Shown piece after piece: positions 1 to 10,237 of a DNA stretch of 64,000 nucleotides (position 1 is the first letter of the stretch; the number at the start of each line of letters is the position of its first letter). This DNA comes from a virus. The position numbers and the translations under genes are program-made. The stretch lies in the IMG/VR virus record IMGVR_UViG_3300045988_165212. One strand, 5' to 3'. The notes under the pieces are model-generated. The model ran no database searches. It had not been told where the DNA came from and was given only the letters and a program-made list of their open reading frames with translations.

Positions 1-10
1 TATTCCAAAA

Positions 11-202
11 TTACGTTAAATCACGCTTGTGAATTTTCACTTGCGAAACTTTAGTATATAATTTTATGATATTTATGAGAGATTGGTCAATGTCAGAAGA
101 ATTTAATTCTGTAGCCACTCTTTCATAATGACGATTATTCAATGTACATTGGCAAAGCAAATGTATCATTAGTACGGTTACGATAATTTTCTTATAGTTC
201 AT
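11..202 (-). pseudogene. truncated member of the local lipoprotein paralogue family (63 aa)
   Basis: Signal peptide plus Cys (LLCQC). SDIDQSLINIIKLY aligns with NIDKSFLNIIKEY (214..738) and YIDDSIKDIIKQY (853..1461), but the ORF stops after 63 aa. Confidence 0.35.
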
Positions 203-213
203 ATCTTTTGTCT

Positions 214-738
214 TTAAAATGGTTTATATTGTGCACCTGTAGAAACGTCACACTGTTTATTGATTATTTTATATCCGTTTTTATAATCATATTTGACTAA
301 CCATCCGGTATGTTTGGTTTTATCAAAAAAATGGTTCAGCCATTTGTCTTGTGCAAGAACCTTACTTGGATAATTGGGATGTAATATTGTGTTTGATGAG
401 GATACTACATATACTTTTTTGTTTTTTAAAAGAAAGTAAAAGGATGGTAAGAACTTGTTTTTGAACATATCGTTAGCTTCAAAATGTGGAATGCTAAATT
501 CTCCAATGGTGAAATATATACCATTGCCATAGTATGTGGAAAGATCTGACTCTAAATTAAAGAAAACCACAATATTGCTATCGTTAGGATAAGCTGTTTC
601 ATATTCTTTTATAATATTTAAAAAGGACTTGTCGATGTTTGTAAGCTCTAATTCTTTAAGACGAGTAGTACTTTTGTTTTTGTTGCATGAACAGAAACAA
701 ATGGATAAAACGAAAGTGATAAATAAGATATGTTTCAT
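214..738 (-). CDS. lipoprotein, paralogue family, function unknown
   Basis: 174-aa ORF with lipoprotein-type signal (FVLSICFCSC). Shares blocks with 853..1461: FFNL, YFT.GEF.IP.FEA, W(L).. (F/Y)FD.T+H..WL. Confidence 0.6.
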   Translation of the reverse strand: MKHILFITFVLSICFCSCNKNKSTTRLKELELTNIDKSFLNIIKEYETAYPNDSNIVVFFNLESDLSTYYGNGIYFTIGEFSIPHFEANDMFKNKFLPSFYFLLKNKKVYVVSSSNTILHPNYPSKVLAQDKWLNHFFDKTKHTGWLVKYDYKNGYKIINKQCDVSTGAQYKPF

Positions 739-852
739 TTCTTATGATGTTTAAATGGATTAACAGATTTTTGGCAAGTAAGCTCCACATTCCCTAAAAG
801 GGCAAAAGCTCCTAGCCGTATTTGAACCACTTACGAAAATTCGGTTATAATT

Positions 853-1461
853 CTATTCTTCATTGTGTACGTTTTTGTTTCTTTTGAGAATTTGCTGGAA
901 AGTTTCTGTTTCTTCAATTATGGTTATACCTAATAGAGTTTCGACATGTTTGTTGATGACAGTGTATTCTTTATTTGTTTCATGGATTTTATCGTGGTTA
1001 ATCTTGTGTTGAATTAGCCATGCCTTATGTCTTGTGCAATCAAAATAATCTTTCAACCATGGATTGCTTGTAAATATATCCTTTGTAAATTTGGGTGTTA
1101 GTAGAACATTGCTTTTGGGAACAATGAAAATCTTTCTGCCGTTTAGTACAAAATAACATGATGGTATATAAGCATAAGATTTTGAAATCTCTGCTTCGAA
1201 CCTAGGGATATCAAATTCTCCTAAAGTGAAGTAGTCTGCAAGTCCGTATTCTTGATTTCGAATAGAATCAACTGGCAAATTAAAAAATAAGACCATACTG
1301 CTATCTTGTGGATACTCTTGCATGTATTGCTTAATAATATCCTTGATAGAATCATCAATATAAGACGATTCTATTTCTTTAATTTCTAAAAGTGCATCGT
1401 TCTTTTTGTTTGTACATTGACAAAAGAGTAATGCAATAAATATTAATAACAAATGTTTCAT
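853..1461 (-). CDS. lipoprotein, paralogue family, function unknown
   Basis: 202-aa ORF with signal peptide plus Cys (IALLFCQC). Clear paralogue of 214..738. Confidence 0.6.
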   Translation of the reverse strand: MKHLLLIFIALLFCQCTNKKNDALLEIKEIESSYIDDSIKDIIKQYMQEYPQDSSMVLFFNLPVDSIRNQEYGLADYFTLGEFDIPRFEAEISKSYAYIPSCYFVLNGRKIFIVPKSNVLLTPKFTKDIFTSNPWLKDYFDCTRHKAWLIQHKINHDKIHETNKEYTVINKHVETLLGITIIEETETFQQILKRNKNVHNEE

Positions 1462-1698
1462 ATTTATTTATTTTGAAAAGAATTTTATAATATAACTTAA
1501 ACTTATGTTGTATGTTTACGCCTTAATCCATTACAGAAAATTCTCTTAAATATTGCTTGTATTCTTGTATTATCTGCTCTTCTATTTCTGGCCCCATTCA
1601 AAACCAACTATAAGTATTGATATATAGGGGTGAATACTCTATAAGTTTTTCAGAAATATTTATTATATTTTTGTCTTTTATATGTCCTCTAGGTAAGT

Positions 1699-2103
1699 TT
1701 ATATACTGATTTTTAAGCCCCATATATATATATAGGTGGCATCCTTTACTAAAAGTGGTATGGTATCTGTTGTGGGATTTGATAAAAGTTGGCAGATTAT
1801 AGTTTGTAAACTATCGTTCTGCTTTCTGGTTATCTTTTGAGATTTGTGAAGATAAATTTCTCTAAATGAAATATCCTCAGTGTTGATTTTTTGATTATAG
1901 TGTAATCTTCTAATAATATCGAAAGAAAGTCCTCCACATATAGTTTCAATAGAATCTTTTCCATTATAACTTATGAGATAAGCTTTAGTCGTAGATGCTT
2001 GGTCATAAACAATAATTTGACAAGGCACATTCTTGCATTTGTTGTTACAAGAAGAAAGTGCCATCAGTACAATTCCTATTATAAATAATGTTCTATTTTT
2101 CAT
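1699..2103 (-). CDS. hypothetical lipoprotein
   Basis: 134-aa ORF with an N-terminal hydrophobic segment ending in LMALSSC. Confidence 0.5.
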   Translation of the reverse strand: MKNRTLFIIGIVLMALSSCNNKCKNVPCQIIVYDQASTTKAYLISYNGKDSIETICGGLSFDIIRRLHYNQKINTEDISFREIYLHKSQKITRKQNDSLQTIICQLLSNPTTDTIPLLVKDATYIYIWGLKISI

Positions 2104-2160
2104 GTGTTGTAATTTTTAAGTTGCTGCAAATATAGCCTTTTCCTTTTGTAATGTATGTTT

Positions 2161-2272
2161 TTTCATGGTTAATAATTCTAAAACACATAAACTTTATGCA
2201 AATAGTTACAAAAACTATCTCCAAACGTCTTTGTATTTGTAAGATTTAAAATTAATTTGTACTAAAATAAAA
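2161..2272. repeat. 112-bp direct repeat, copy 1 (duplicate of the glycosidase promoter/5' leader)
   Basis: Matches 4085..4196 at offset 1924, with 3 mismatches confined to the first 12 nt. Followed by a decayed 13-codon start (ATGAATTCAAAAGAAAAACTGGTG...TAA) resembling the glycosidase signal-peptide start. Confidence 0.9.
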
Positions 2273-2442
2273 TGAATTCAAAAGAAAAACTGGTGCTGTT
2301 TTCTTTGTATTAAGAGTTGAGTAGGATAAGTGGACCTGTTTCTTTGAAAATATATTCTTAATTATCTATAAAACTTTGGACTAACCCATCTTAAAATGAA
2401 GTATATTGTTTATATTTGCATATTATAATTTGGATTAAGATT

Positions 2443-2763
2443 ATGTCAAAGAATACAATGGCTAACAAACTTCCAAGGAAGTTGATACAGAAAATGGAAA
2501 TCGTGGGGGAGCAGATCAAGCTTGCCAGATTACGCCGCAACCTGAGCATGGCACAAGTTGCAGAAAGAGCAACCTGCTCAGAAGTTACACTTTGCAAGGT
2601 GGAGAAGGGATTGCCAACGGTTTCCATCGGAATCTACCTGCGTGTACTCTATGCACTTCAGTTGGATGATGACATCTTGCTCTTGGCAAAGGATGACAAA
2701 CTCGGAAGGGCATTGCAGGATATAGGACTGAAGAACCGACAAAGAGCAACTAAAAAAGGATAG
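2443..2763 (+). CDS. hipB: XRE-family HTH protein, HipB-like antitoxin
   Basis: ORF track gives 2416..2763; the likely ATG is at 2443. HTH segment IKLARLRRNLSMAQVAERATCSEVTLCKVEKG. The stop lies 3 nt before the HipA-like ORF. Confidence 0.7.
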   Translation: MSKNTMANKLPRKLIQKMEIVGEQIKLARLRRNLSMAQVAERATCSEVTLCKVEKGLPTVSIGIYLRVLYALQLDDDILLLAKDDKLGRALQDIGLKNRQRATKKG

Positions 2764-2765
2764 AA

Positions 2766-4019
2766 ATGGAACGACTGTTTGTTTTCGCAGATTTTAACTG
2801 GCTCGACAAAGCGGAGTTGATAGGGGAGTTGTGTTATGAGAAATTGCGCGGCTCTGATAGTTATGCCTTTAAGTTTGATGAAAACTGGCTTAAGATTTAT
2901 GGCGGAATTAAGCTTTCGGAGGACATCAATAACTATCCAGGCATGCAATACACCCAACCAGGAAGTGATATTTTCGGATGTTTTTCTGATGCATTGCCAG
3001 ATAGATGGGGACGTACCTTGCTTAAAAGAAGAGAACAGATACAGGCCGCTGAAGAAAAAAGAGCTGTCAGAACACTTTCTTCATTCGATTACCTCATGGG
3101 CATAGATGACTTCTCCAGAATGGGTGGCTTTAGATTTAAAAGGGAATTGGAAGGTGATTATATCAATATGTCACCATCTTTCAAGATTCCCCCATTAACA
3201 GAGATTAGAGAATTGATTCATGCCAGTCAGGAAGTGGAAAAATCCGAAGAGAATGATGTGTTGCCCGAGAAAAAATGGATAGCACAGCTTATCCAACCTG
3301 GTACCTCATTGGGTGGCGCAAGACCTAAAGCTGGTGTGTTGGATGAAAAAGGCAATCTATGTATTGCTAAGTTCCCTTCACGAAAGGATGACTATGACAT
3401 AGGACTTTGGGAGCATTTTTCTCATCTTCTTGCCCAAAAAGCAGGAATCCAGGCTGCTCAAACCAGGACATTGGGAGGACTAGGAAAATATCACACACTC
3501 CTGTCCAGACGCTTTGACAGAACAGATGAAGCCAAGAGAATACATTTTGCGTCATCCATGTCTCTGCTAGGATTAAAGGATGGTGATAATGCCCAAGGTG
3601 GTTATGGTTATCTTGATATAGTTGATTTCATACTCCAAGGTTGTTGCAACGTAGAGAAAAATCTTCAGGAACTCTACAGAAGGGTTGCCTTCAACATTTG
3701 TATTGGTAATTCTGATGACCACTTCAGAAACCATGGCTTTCTGCTGACACCAAAAGGATGGACTCTCTCTCCTGCCTATGATATGAACCCTACTCTTAAT
3801 GAATATCAGAGTCTTCTGATCAATGAATCTTCAAACAAGGCTGATATCCATGTTCTGCTTGATTCGTGCGAGAGTTATATGATTAAGAGGGAGGAGGCAG
3901 AAAACATTATTCAGGAGGTTCAAACGGCCGTTGATCTATGGGAAAATTTGGCGATTCAGCTTCAGATTCCTGCAAGAGAAATGGCTATGTTTAAGGAGAG
4001 ATTTAAACTTAACCTATAA
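2766..4019 (+). CDS. hipA: HipA-family serine/threonine kinase toxin
   Basis: 417 aa. Carries HipA-type motifs GTSLGGARPKAGV and IGNSDDHFRNHGFLL, and is tightly coupled to the upstream HTH gene. Confidence 0.8.
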   Translation: MERLFVFADFNWLDKAELIGELCYEKLRGSDSYAFKFDENWLKIYGGIKLSEDINNYPGMQYTQPGSDIFGCFSDALPDRWGRTLLKRREQIQAAEEKRAVRTLSSFDYLMGIDDFSRMGGFRFKRELEGDYINMSPSFKIPPLTEIRELIHASQEVEKSEENDVLPEKKWIAQLIQPGTSLGGARPKAGVLDEKGNLCIAKFPSRKDDYDIGLWEHFSHLLAQKAGIQAAQTRTLGGLGKYHTLLSRRFDRTDEAKRIHFASSMSLLGLKDGDNAQGGYGYLDIVDFILQGCCNVEKNLQELYRRVAFNICIGNSDDHFRNHGFLLTPKGWTLSPAYDMNPTLNEYQSLLINESSNKADIHVLLDSCESYMIKREEAENIIQEVQTAVDLWENLAIQLQIPAREMAMFKERFKLNL

Positions 4020-4084
4020 TATAATGAAGTAATATTCGTAATTACTTCATTATATTTAGGGTTACTTCTTCTAAATCTTTATCA

Positions 4085-4196
4085 TTTCATGTTTTGTAAT
4101 TCTAAAACACATAAACTTTATGCAAATAGTTACAAAAACTATCTCCAAACGTCTTTGTATTTGTAAGATTTAAAATTAATTTGTACTAAAATAAAA
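4085..4196. repeat. 112-bp direct repeat, copy 2 (immediately upstream of the glycosidase ATG at 4199)
   Basis: See 2161..2272. Confidence 0.9.
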
Positions 4197-4198
4197 AT

Positions 4199-7100
4199 AT
4201 GAAAATCGAAAGAAAGAGACTGGTACTCTTATCTCTTCTTATCTTTGGCGGCATCACCGCTTTTGCACAGAAAATCAGCAAAAACGTGATGCAGAAGATA
4301 TACGACGAGGTGAAGACACCTTATAAATACGGTATGGTAGTAGCTCCTAAGGACAACTACCACCAGATAGACTGTCCGATGGTGTACAGGGAGGGCGGCA
4401 AGTGGTATATGACCTATGTGGTATACAACGGCAAGGACGGAACGGATGGCAGAGGGTATGAAACATGGCTCGCTACCAGCGATGACCTGCTGCAATGGAA
4501 AACCCTGGGCAGACTGCTCTGCTATGCCGACAAGGGATGGGACATGAACCAGCGTGCTGGATATCCGGCGCTGATAGACTGGACCTGGAACGGATCTTAT
4601 GAGATGGCAAAATACAAAGGTCGCCACTGGATGAGCTATTTCGGTGGAGAAGGTACGGGCTATGAGGCCATCCGCAAGCCGCTCAATATGGGTATGGCTT
4701 CTACCAAAGGCGATATCACCCAGGCACATCCTTGGGAAACATTCCCTTCGCCTGTTCTCTCTATCAACGACAAAAGTGCACAGTGGTGGGAAAAACTCAC
4801 CCATTATAAAAGCACCGTCTACTGGGATAAGAACAAGACGTTGGGCAAACCTTTCGTCATGTTCTATAATGCCGGTGGCATCAACCCTGCCAACCAGCTG
4901 AAGGCAGAGCGTATCGGTATCGCCCTCTCCAGCAATATGACTTCCTGGCGCCGTCTGCCTCTCCGCACAGCCAAGCGAAAGACTGGCAATCCGGTGTTCT
5001 TCCATGAGGCTCCGGGCATCATTACGGGAGATGCACAGATCGTGAAGTTCCCGCATTATTATGTCATGTTCTATTTCTCTGCCTATAATCCGGAGAGAAA
5101 ATACAATGCCTACAATACATTTGCCGTAAGCCGGGACCTGGTGAACTGGCAGGACTGGGATGGAGCCGACCTGGTTTATCCTTCCAAACCTTATGATGAT
5201 ATGTTCGCCCATAAGAGTTATGTGCTGAAGCATCAGGGCGTGGTATACCATTTCTATTGTGCCGTGAACCATGCCGGACAGCGAGGCATCGCCGTGGCTA
5301 CGAGTGTGCCGATGGGACGTTCGCAGGTTTCTTTCCCGACACCCGAAAAGAAGGGAAAACGACAGATTGTGAGTCTGAATCAGGATTGGCAGGTAACCTT
5401 CGGCAAGACTTCGGAAGACAGCATCACGAAGAAGATGGGAACCTTCCGGGTGAATGTGCCTAGTAATCTGGACGATTATTACGGTTACCGCCAGCTGAAG
5501 CACGGCAACCTGCATGGTACCGCCACCTACGAGAAGCATTTCTCCGTTCATAAACAGACCGGAAAACGCTACTTCCTGCAGTTGGAAGGTGTGGGAACCT
5601 TTGCTACGGTCAAGGTGAACCGCAAGAGTTATCCGAAGGAACTGGTAGGCAGAACCAGCTTTACGCTCGATATCTCGGATGTACTTCGTGAGGGCGATAA
5701 TGTATTGAATGTCAAGGTAGAACATCCTGCCATGCAGACCAATAATCCTTGGCCTTGCGGCGGCTGTTCATCAGAATGGGGATTCTCGGAGGGCAGTCAG
5801 CCTTTCGGCATCTTCCGTCCGGTATCGCTCATCGAAACCGATGAGGTGAGGGTGGAGCCTTTCGGAGTACACGTCTGGAACAACGAGGCATGCGACAGCG
5901 TCTTTGTTGAAACCGAAGTGAAGAACTATTCCGACCATGAGCAGACCATCGAGGTAATCAGCAAACTGGCGCTGAGCAGTGGCAAGACCGCTTTCCGCCA
6001 GACCGGAAAGATTACCCTGAAGGCAGGCGAGACCCAGGTGGTCCGTCATCAGGCAAAGGTCAGCGATGCCCATCTGTGGAGCATCACGGATCCTTATCTC
6101 TATACCCTTTCCAGTATCATCAAACGAGAGGGCAAGACCATCGATGATGTGGCTACACCTTTCGGCATCCGCACCATCTCATGGCCGGTACTCCGACAGA
6201 AGCAGGCTGCGCTCCGTGGCGATTCAGCCCAGATGGATAAGAAAGACGGCAGATTCTATCTCAATGGCAGTCCGGTTTTCATCAACGGAACCTGCGATTA
6301 CGAGCACCTCTTCGGTCAGAGTCATGCCTTCTCTCACGAGCAGATTGCCTCCCGTGTCAAGATGATGCGTCAGGCAGGTTTCAATGCCTTCCGTGAGGCT
6401 CATCAGCCACATAATCTCTATTATCAGCAGTTGCTGGATGAGCAGGGCATGCTGTTCTGGAGTCAGTTCTCGGCACATGTCTGGTATGATACATCCGCCT
6501 TCCGCAAGAACTTCAAGCGTCTGCTGCGCCGTTGGATCAAGGAGCGCCGCAATTCGCCTAGCGTCATTCTCTGGGGCATTCAGAACGAGAGTGTGATGCC
6601 GAAGGATTTCACCGAGGAGTGTGCTGCCATTATCCGGGAGATGGACCCTACCGCTCAGACCATGCGCGCCATCACGACCTGTAATGGAGGAGAGGGAAGC
6701 GACTGGAATGTGATTCAGAACTGGAGCGGAACCTACGGCGGAACAGCCGATAAATATGATCAGGAATTGAAGCAGCCTAACCAGTTGCTGAATGGTGAAT
6801 ATGGTGCCTGGCGCACGCTCGGTTTCCGCAGTTCCGATGCAGAGAAACTGCATGCCGGTGATGCAAAGGCTCTGTCAAAAGCCTATACCGAAGATGCCTT
6901 TGTATCTCTTCTCGGCAAGAAGGCGATGCTGGCAGAGAGTGCCAGGGACAGCGTCTGCGGCCATTTCCAGTGGCTTTTCGTGTCGCATGAAAACCCGGGC
7001 AGAGTACAGCCGGATGAGGCTTACCGCCGTATCGACAAGGTGGGACCGTTCAATTACAAGGGACTTCTCACGCCTTGGGAACAGCCTACCGAAGGCTTCT

Positions 7101-8188
7101 ACTGGTATCGCAATCATTATACTAAGGTGCAGCCTGATACGCTTATGCCTACAGCTGCCGACCGCAGCAGAAATCTTCTGAAACCAGCCGAGGGTTATAC
7201 CTATCTGTATAGAGTGAACTGTGGCGGTGATGCCGTTACAGACAGTTATGGCAGCGAGTGGGAGCAGGACGACAGCGTCTATTCTCATTCCTGGGCAGAG
7301 CGTTTCGGCATGAATCCGTTTACGGCGAGTCAGGGACATATCACCTCCCGCATTCATGGCTTGAAATCATCATCTGCAGCCTCTCATCATGCTGCGGCTC
7401 ATGATGCACAGCTCTTCCAGTATTTCCGTTGGGGCCGTCATGCGCTGAACTATCAGTTTGCCGTTCCGGATGGAGAATATCGCGTAGAACTCTATTTTGC
7501 TGAGCCTTGGTTGGGCAAGCATGAGGGTGCCGGCATCGATTGTGAAGGCGAGCGCATCTTTGATGTAGCCATCAACGATTCCGTGGTAGTAGATGACCTC
7601 GACCTTTGGGCTGAGGCTGGCTTTGCGGGAGCCTGCAAGAAGGTGATAGATATCAAGGTAAAGGGCGGTCTGCTGACCATTTCTTTCCCGGAAGTAAAGG
7701 TGGGAGAGGCAATCATCTCTGCCATCGCCATTGCTGCCAAGGGAGAGATAGGAGATGCAGAAAAGTGGAATGTCGCCTTCAAGGGCAGCAAGCCTGAGAG
7801 CGGAATGAGCAAGACTTACTGGGCTGACCTGGATAAGGATGTGGTAGAGAAATATCCGAAGGAGCTGTTGCCTCAGGACAACGAAGTATTCCCGGCTGTG
7901 CGCTATAAGAGCAAGTCCTCAACCTGGACCATCAATCCTGGTGTAGCCCGCGAATACATGTTGCGTTTCCGCTATAAGAACACAACCGGTGAGCAACAGG
8001 TAGGCAGGTTGAAGATTGTGGACAGCAAGGGCATTGTCCTGCTGGATAGAGACATGACCTTCCCTGAAACGCCGAATAAGTTCAAAACCATCGGTACCAC
8101 TACTGATTCTCAGATCAATGCCGGTACCTATCAGATAATCCTCTCCGGTCTTCCGAACGTTTCGTTCGATTATCTGGAAGTGCAATAA
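4199..8188 (+). CDS. secreted multidomain glycoside hydrolase: N-terminal beta-propeller-like domain, GH2-type TIM barrel, malectin-like domain and C-terminal carbohydrate-binding-like domain
   Basis: 1329 aa with signal peptide MKIERKRLVLLSLLIFGGITAFAQ. GH2-like catalytic context ILWGIQNES (acid/base) and LLNGEYGAW (nucleophile). Malectin-like YRVNCGGDAVTDSYGSEWEQDD. Confidence 0.8.
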   Translation: MKIERKRLVLLSLLIFGGITAFAQKISKNVMQKIYDEVKTPYKYGMVVAPKDNYHQIDCPMVYREGGKWYMTYVVYNGKDGTDGRGYETWLATSDDLLQWKTLGRLLCYADKGWDMNQRAGYPALIDWTWNGSYEMAKYKGRHWMSYFGGEGTGYEAIRKPLNMGMASTKGDITQAHPWETFPSPVLSINDKSAQWWEKLTHYKSTVYWDKNKTLGKPFVMFYNAGGINPANQLKAERIGIALSSNMTSWRRLPLRTAKRKTGNPVFFHEAPGIITGDAQIVKFPHYYVMFYFSAYNPERKYNAYNTFAVSRDLVNWQDWDGADLVYPSKPYDDMFAHKSYVLKHQGVVYHFYCAVNHAGQRGIAVATSVPMGRSQVSFPTPEKKGKRQIVSLNQDWQVTFGKTSEDSITKKMGTFRVNVPSNLDDYYGYRQLKHGNLHGTATYEKHFSVHKQTGKRYFLQLEGVGTFATVKVNRKSYPKELVGRTSFTLDISDVLREGDNVLNVKVEHPAMQTNNPWPCGGCSSEWGFSEGSQPFGIFRPVSLIETDEVRVEPFGVHVWNNEACDSVFVETEVKNYSDHEQTIEVISKLALSSGKTAFRQTGKITLKAGETQVVRHQAKVSDAHLWSITDPYLYTLSSIIKREGKTIDDVATPFGIRTISWPVLRQKQAALRGDSAQMDKKDGRFYLNGSPVFINGTCDYEHLFGQSHAFSHEQIASRVKMMRQAGFNAFREAHQPHNLYYQQLLDEQGMLFWSQFSAHVWYDTSAFRKNFKRLLRRWIKERRNSPSVILWGIQNESVMPKDFTEECAAIIREMDPTAQTMRAITTCNGGEGSDWNVIQNWSGTYGGTADKYDQELKQPNQLLNGEYGAWRTLGFRSSDAEKLHAGDAKALSKAYTEDAFVSLLGKKAMLAESARDSVCGHFQWLFVSHENPGRVQPDEAYRRIDKVGPFNYKGLLTPWEQPTEGFYWYRNHYTKVQPDTLMPTAADRSRNLLKPAEGYTYLYRVNCGGDAVTDSYGSEWEQDDSVYSHSWAERFGMNPFTASQGHITSRIHGLKSSSAASHHAAAHDAQLFQYFRWGRHALNYQFAVPDGEYRVELYFAEPWLGKHEGAGIDCEGERIFDVAINDSVVVDDLDLWAEAGFAGACKKVIDIKVKGGLLTISFPEVKVGEAIISAIAIAAKGEIGDAEKWNVAFKGSKPESGMSKTYWADLDKDVVEKYPKELLPQDNEVFPAVRYKSKSSTWTINPGVAREYMLRFRYKNTTGEQQVGRLKIVDSKGIVLLDRDMTFPETPNKFKTIGTTTDSQINAGTYQIILSGLPNVSFDYLEVQ

Positions 8189-8192
8189 AAGG

Positions 8193-8267
8193 AAATCTGC
8201 GCCATTTGCGAAATCTGTGTGACTTAAGAATCTCACGCAGATGACGCAGATGGTGCAGATTTTTTTC
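8193..8267 (+). terminator. long imperfect hairpin plus T-tract downstream of the glycosidase
   Basis: AAATCTGCGCCATTTGCGAAATCTGTGTGA pairs imperfectly with TCTCACGCAGATGACGCAGATGGTGCAGATTT, followed by TTTTTTT. Confidence 0.55.
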
Positions 8268-8361
8268 TATCAGTATGGTTAAAATCGTTCTGGTTAGTAA
8301 AATGACGTATTATAATTCATTTTAATACCATTATTATGTTTCGGTCTACCCCATACCTACT

Positions 8362-9504
8362 CTATTGCACATTTTCCCCTATAACTTTTGAATATGGAAT
8401 CCCATTGACAAATAACGTAAATATCAAGTTTTTTTTATTGACATACCCTAAGTCTATAGCCATATTATACTTACCTTGTTTCTGTTTGCCTAATTTTCTA
8501 TTTACCAAAAATATACCATCTTGGGTATAAACTCCATAAGAAATATTCGCATCGTCTAAAAGCGAGTAACTCAAATTTACACCTGTATTATTAATATTTA
8601 CTGAATAGTTATTTGCTTTCAATAAATTTTGGCCTCTATCTTGTTGTTGCAACTTTTGACATTTTCCTTCTTTTGTTATCTTTCTACGAATTTCCTCATT
8701 GATAGAATCATCCGACAATTCGTTTTGCATAAGAACAGAGCAATATAAAGCTGAAGAATTCAAAATACGATTTCTTCCATTACAGGAAGAGATTGTTTCT
8801 AATCTTAAAATAGGATAGCGGTATCCAGGAGCATACCATCTATAAACATCATTTCTAACCAAAGCAGTATCACTCTTCATAAGACTATCAACTTTGTTAT
8901 AGGACAATTTAGGAATACTATCCAGTACACCATATTTTTGCAATTCTTTTTCCTTGCCATTAAACAATGAAGATACTAATCTTTGATTATGAATCAACAA
9001 TGTATTTGGCAGAGTATCTCTATCAATAGTTAGCAACGTACCTTTTCCTATGATTTTATACTTATATTTCCCACAAATATGCACCAAATCACCATGCACA
9101 TCGTCACCATGTGCTGAAAACCAACCTTTGCAGGAATCTTGTAAGCATAGGGGATAACGCAAGTCGATTTCGGCTTCATCATATTTAATTCTAGCTTGCT
9201 TATTTTGAAAGGCAACAAGATATAGTCCATCGCCTCGCTCATCATATAAGTATTTTGTTTTACCATCAAAACTGGCAATAAAAGCCTTTACTGTACTATC
9301 CCTATTTGAGAAAAAATGTAAATTTTGCTCATGTGAAAGTAGTTGAGCATCAGAAAAATCCCACATTTCTAGACTATCAGAAAGGGAGAAATTTTCTGAA
9401 AGTAATAATTCCGAAAACTTTAGGTTATCCCCTATGCGAATTTCATTTTGTCCTAAAATATGTATAGGGAACAATAACATAAGCAATAGTATCATTTTAT
9501 CCAT
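8362..9504 (-). CDS. secreted hypothetical protein, possible T9SS C-terminal sorting domain
   Basis: 380 aa with signal peptide MDKMILLLMLLFPIHILGQ. The C-terminal ~70 aa (VYTQDGIFLV..GKYNMAIDL..LIFTLFVNGIPYSKVIG) has a CTD-like pattern. Confidence 0.5.
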   Translation of the reverse strand: MDKMILLLMLLFPIHILGQNEIRIGDNLKFSELLLSENFSLSDSLEMWDFSDAQLLSHEQNLHFFSNRDSTVKAFIASFDGKTKYLYDERGDGLYLVAFQNKQARIKYDEAEIDLRYPLCLQDSCKGWFSAHGDDVHGDLVHICGKYKYKIIGKGTLLTIDRDTLPNTLLIHNQRLVSSLFNGKEKELQKYGVLDSIPKLSYNKVDSLMKSDTALVRNDVYRWYAPGYRYPILRLETISSCNGRNRILNSSALYCSVLMQNELSDDSINEEIRRKITKEGKCQKLQQQDRGQNLLKANNYSVNINNTGVNLSYSLLDDANISYGVYTQDGIFLVNRKLGKQKQGKYNMAIDLGYVNKKNLIFTLFVNGIPYSKVIGENVQ

Positions 9505-9527
9505 AACAACTATATGTAAAAGTAATT

Positions 9528-9890
9528 TTAATAATCCATAACCATACCTGTCTTTCGATAAAGTTGAATATAAACAGGCGATTCATAACTGTTACCATAT
9601 ACTTTCCAAGATTTTACATCCTTTACCACCTTTAAAGGATATTCATTCTTCTTCATGTATCCAAAATGAAGTTCATCCAATAACATAGAAGCAACTTCTG
9701 CCACACACTTAGGTGTAGAAATTATTCCTTCATTGTAAGAATACACAGTATTATCAGACTCATACAATGAATCTGATTTACTTTTAAACCACAATTTTTC
9801 ATTTATTTTTCCTTTATAACAAAACTCAATATTATCAAAACTAAAACTATCTGCCTTAGTCGTAATACCTACTAGATAACTACAAAACAT
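9528..9890 (-). CDS. hypothetical protein
   Basis: 120-aa ORF, AT-rich like its neighbour and on the same strand. Confidence 0.4.
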   Translation of the reverse strand: MFCSYLVGITTKADSFSFDNIEFCYKGKINEKLWFKSKSDSLYESDNTVYSYNEGIISTPKCVAEVASMLLDELHFGYMKKNEYPLKVVKDVKSWKVYGNSYESPVYIQLYRKTGMVMDY

Positions 9891-10206
9891 CCCAATAATT
9901 AAAGGGCACAGAACGAAGCGTATATAAAGCCTTATGCCTAAATATCGGGTGAAGTATTTGAAATATAGTTAGTTACGATAATCTTGCATGAATAGCGACA
10001 CAAAACGAAACGTTTACATGGGTTTAATTTTGGTTTAATTCTGTGGCCTCCTGGCTTGCGTTTGAGGGCGGTAGGATTGAATGAGGTTTACAAACGGCTT
10101 ACATGAGGATGATGGGACTTGTGCATGGGTGGCAATCGCTACCCTTTATTTTTGCCCTTTTATGATTATTTAAAATGCAAAATTATTCCATATAATTATT
10201 ATTTGG

Positions 10207-10214
10207 TATATTTG
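10207..10214 (+). promoter_or_regulatory. Bacteroidetes -7 promoter motif (TATATTTG = TAnnTTTG)
   Basis: Exact consensus match 24 nt upstream of the ATG at 10238. Confidence 0.3.
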
Positions 10215-10237
10215 CACCGAAATTTAAATGAATAGAT

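Noticed and set aside
4085-4196. An exact TAnnTTTG promoter motif in the duplicated glycosidase leader.
   Set aside because: There are only near matches (TTAATTTG, TGTATTTG). No exact consensus is present, so no promoter coordinate is claimed.
4229-5725. 498-aa antisense ORF inside the glycosidase gene. Similar long antisense ORFs occur at 13007..14149, 21753..22610, 30708..31316, 34930..35862, 40523..41140, 42628..43332, 45360..45968, and at their mirrors.
   Set aside because: They are shadow ORFs opposite well-supported genes. Their composition is odd (Cys/His/Leu/Arg-rich), and they lack motifs and independent starts.
9891-10237. A tRNA or att site at the host-phage junction.
   Set aside because: No cloverleaf-compatible sequence or T-loop consensus was seen. 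The Mu-like gene content argues for transpositional rather than tRNA-targeted integration.
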